DNA of 19,009 nt, from assembly GCF_006345805.1 (NCBI RefSeq), contig NW_021824375.1, positions 1 through 19,009 on the forward strand, read 5' to 3'. The DNA comes from Octopus sinensis (taxonomy: Eukaryota). Below, piece after piece: positions 17,205 through 19,009 of this stretch. The translations under genes and the position numbers were made by a program. The notes beneath the pieces are model-generated. The model ran no database searches and had not been told where the DNA came from. It saw only the letters and a program-made list of their open reading frames with translations. Each line of letters begins with the position of its first letter. Positions within the stretch are counted from its first letter, which is position 1.

Positions 17205-19009
17205 GGTCTTAGTAGTCACAGCACATCTCCAGAGATCTCGGTCCTTCGCCATTGCCTCAATGAGGCCCAACACTCTGAGGTCATGCTTGACTACCTCATC
17301 CCATGTCTTCCTGGGTCTACCTCTCCCCCCGATTCCTTCAACTGTTCGGGAGTGGCACTTCTTCACACATCTCTCCTCATCCATCCGTCGCTCTTGCACA
17401 CCGCATCTGATGCTTCTTATGCCTAGCATTTCTCTCAGGGTGCTTACACTCTGTCGTGCATTCACACTGACATTACACATCCAGCGGATCATGCTAGCTT
17501 CATTTCTTTCAAGTCTACGCATGTCCTCTGCAGTCACAGCCCATGTTTCACTGCCGTGAAGCATGGCAGTTCGCACACATGCATCATACAATCTACCTTT
17601 CGCTCTGAGGGAGAGACCCTTTGTCGCCAGTAGGGGTAGGAGCTTTCTGAACCTTGCCCAGGCTATTCGTATTCTAGTGGTGATACTCTCTGTGCATCCA
17701 CCTCCACTACTAACTTGATCACCCAGGTAGCGGAAACTATCAACCTTCTAGTTTCTCTCCCTGGAGTGTGATGGATCTGTTTTCTGAGTGTCTGTGGTGT
17801 CTATTGTCCCTGTGCATCTGCTGCACATGAAAGCTATCTTATCTGTTAATTTCCCTTTAATGTTGCTGCACCTCTTGTGCGTCCATAGCTACATTGGGTG
17901 CATCTTATGGAGTTTCTACCTACACCTTCCTACAGATGAGCAGGGCCACCTGCCCGAGGGGGTGTGTGCTGAGTTCGCCTTTCTGCTTATTAGCTTTGGT
18001 CTTTGCTACATTTACTCTAAGGCCCTTGATTCTAACCCTTGTTTCCACACCCGAAATTTCTTTTCTAGTTCTGGTAGTGATTCTGCTATGAGAGCCAGGT
18101 CATCAGCATAGAGGAGCTCCCAGGGGCATCCTGTTTTGAATTCCTCTGTTATTGCCTGGAGGACTATGATGAATAAAAGGGGACTGAGGGCTGAGCCTTG
18201 GTGCACACCTACTTCTACCCGGAATTCTTCACTATATTCGTTGCCAATCCTAACCTTGCTGACAGCCTCTCTGTACAGCCCTTATTAGCCATTCGTCAAT
18301 CTCCAGTTTCCGCATCGACCACCAGATAAGGGAACTGGGAACCCTGTCAAAGGCTTTCTCCAAGTCCACAAAAGCTATGTAGAGGGGTTTATCTTTAGCT
18401 AGGTACTTCTCCTGCAGTTGTCGGACCAGGAATATAGCATCAGTGGTGCTTCTACCCGGCACAAAACCAAACTGCATTTCATCTAAGCAAATTCTCTCCC
18501 TAATGAGATGGGTTATGACCCTCTCTGTGACCTTCATCACCTAATCCAACAGTTTGATACCCCTGTAGTTATTTCTATCTAGAGCATCACCCTTACCCTT
18601 GTAGCAGTTGACTATGGTGCTGCTACGCCAGTCATTGGGTATGACTCCATTATGAACTGCCTGGTTTACAATGCGGGTGACTATGCCATAGCCCACATAG
18701 CCAGCTGTTTTAAGCATCTCAGCAGTGATTCCTGATGGGCATTCTCCTCATTCAGCAGTCTTTCATAATGGCTTCTCCAAGCCTCTTTCTTCTCACTAAC
18801 AGTAATAGCAAGTGCCCCATTATCCATGCAGACACATTTCTCTCCTGTAACATCACTATTTTCTCTGACACACTGTCTGGCAATCCGAAATACCTCAGCT
18901 CTTTGGTCCTCACGTCGCTGGACATTGGCAAACTTCTTCTTTTCTGCTACATCTTTGGCTATGTATACCTGCCGCCCAGCCTCCCTTTTGGCTACCTGGT
19001 ACAGTTCCC
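17205..19009 (-). pseudogene. Disrupted RTE reverse transcriptase ORF
   Basis: ORF-track pieces 18250-18540, 18012-18206 and 17118-17591 are consecutive parts of one RT polyprotein in different frames. Confidence 0.9.

Larger units (their letters stand above)
15747..19009 (-). mobile_element. RTE-clade LINE (RT, C-terminus and long 3' UTR), continuing beyond the window
   Basis: MQFGFVPGRSTTDAIF, FVDLEKAFDRVP, HQGSALSPLLF, LLYADDLAL, GRGRPRKTWDEVV; (GAT)n tail at 15747-15759; frameshifts and an internal deletion near 18745. Confidence 0.93.

Noticed and set aside
15791-17212. Many overlapping ORFs of 60-240 aa on both strands
   Set aside because: They are by-products of a stop-poor tandem repeat and give repetitive peptides in every frame.
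18100-18106. CTGATGA on - here and at 11945-11951 and 13091-13097
   Set aside because: The first is part of the YADD codons of the RT; the others lack stem II, GAAA and stem I.

Overview
Eukaryotic, AT-rich, repeat-dense DNA; the repeat types suggest an octopus or other cephalopod (inference). 1-4558: a near full-length CR1-clade LINE on + (ORF1 with a CCCH zinc finger, ORF2 with APE endonuclease and RT, (AATC)n tail) preceded by a hierarchical AT-rich tandem array. 6721-6869: a TPR-encoding exon on +. 8036-15230: the 3' coding exons of a ZC3H11A-like gene on -, with introns full of RTE-clade LINE fragments and tRNA-derived SINE remnants. 15747-19009: an RTE LINE on - whose 3' UTR is a higher-order array of ~67-bp hairpin units. 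The main finding is two unrelated, non-coding, highly structured small elements, each flanked by TA-rich microsatellites and each carrying a minimal type I hammerhead ribozyme with a palindromic stem III (4932-4976 and 14088-14178). The first is a 342-nt unit plus an exact 51-nt terminal redundancy, the footprint expected from reverse transcription of a small circular RNA (retrozyme/Penelope-associated). Most short ORFs in the supplied track are spurious.
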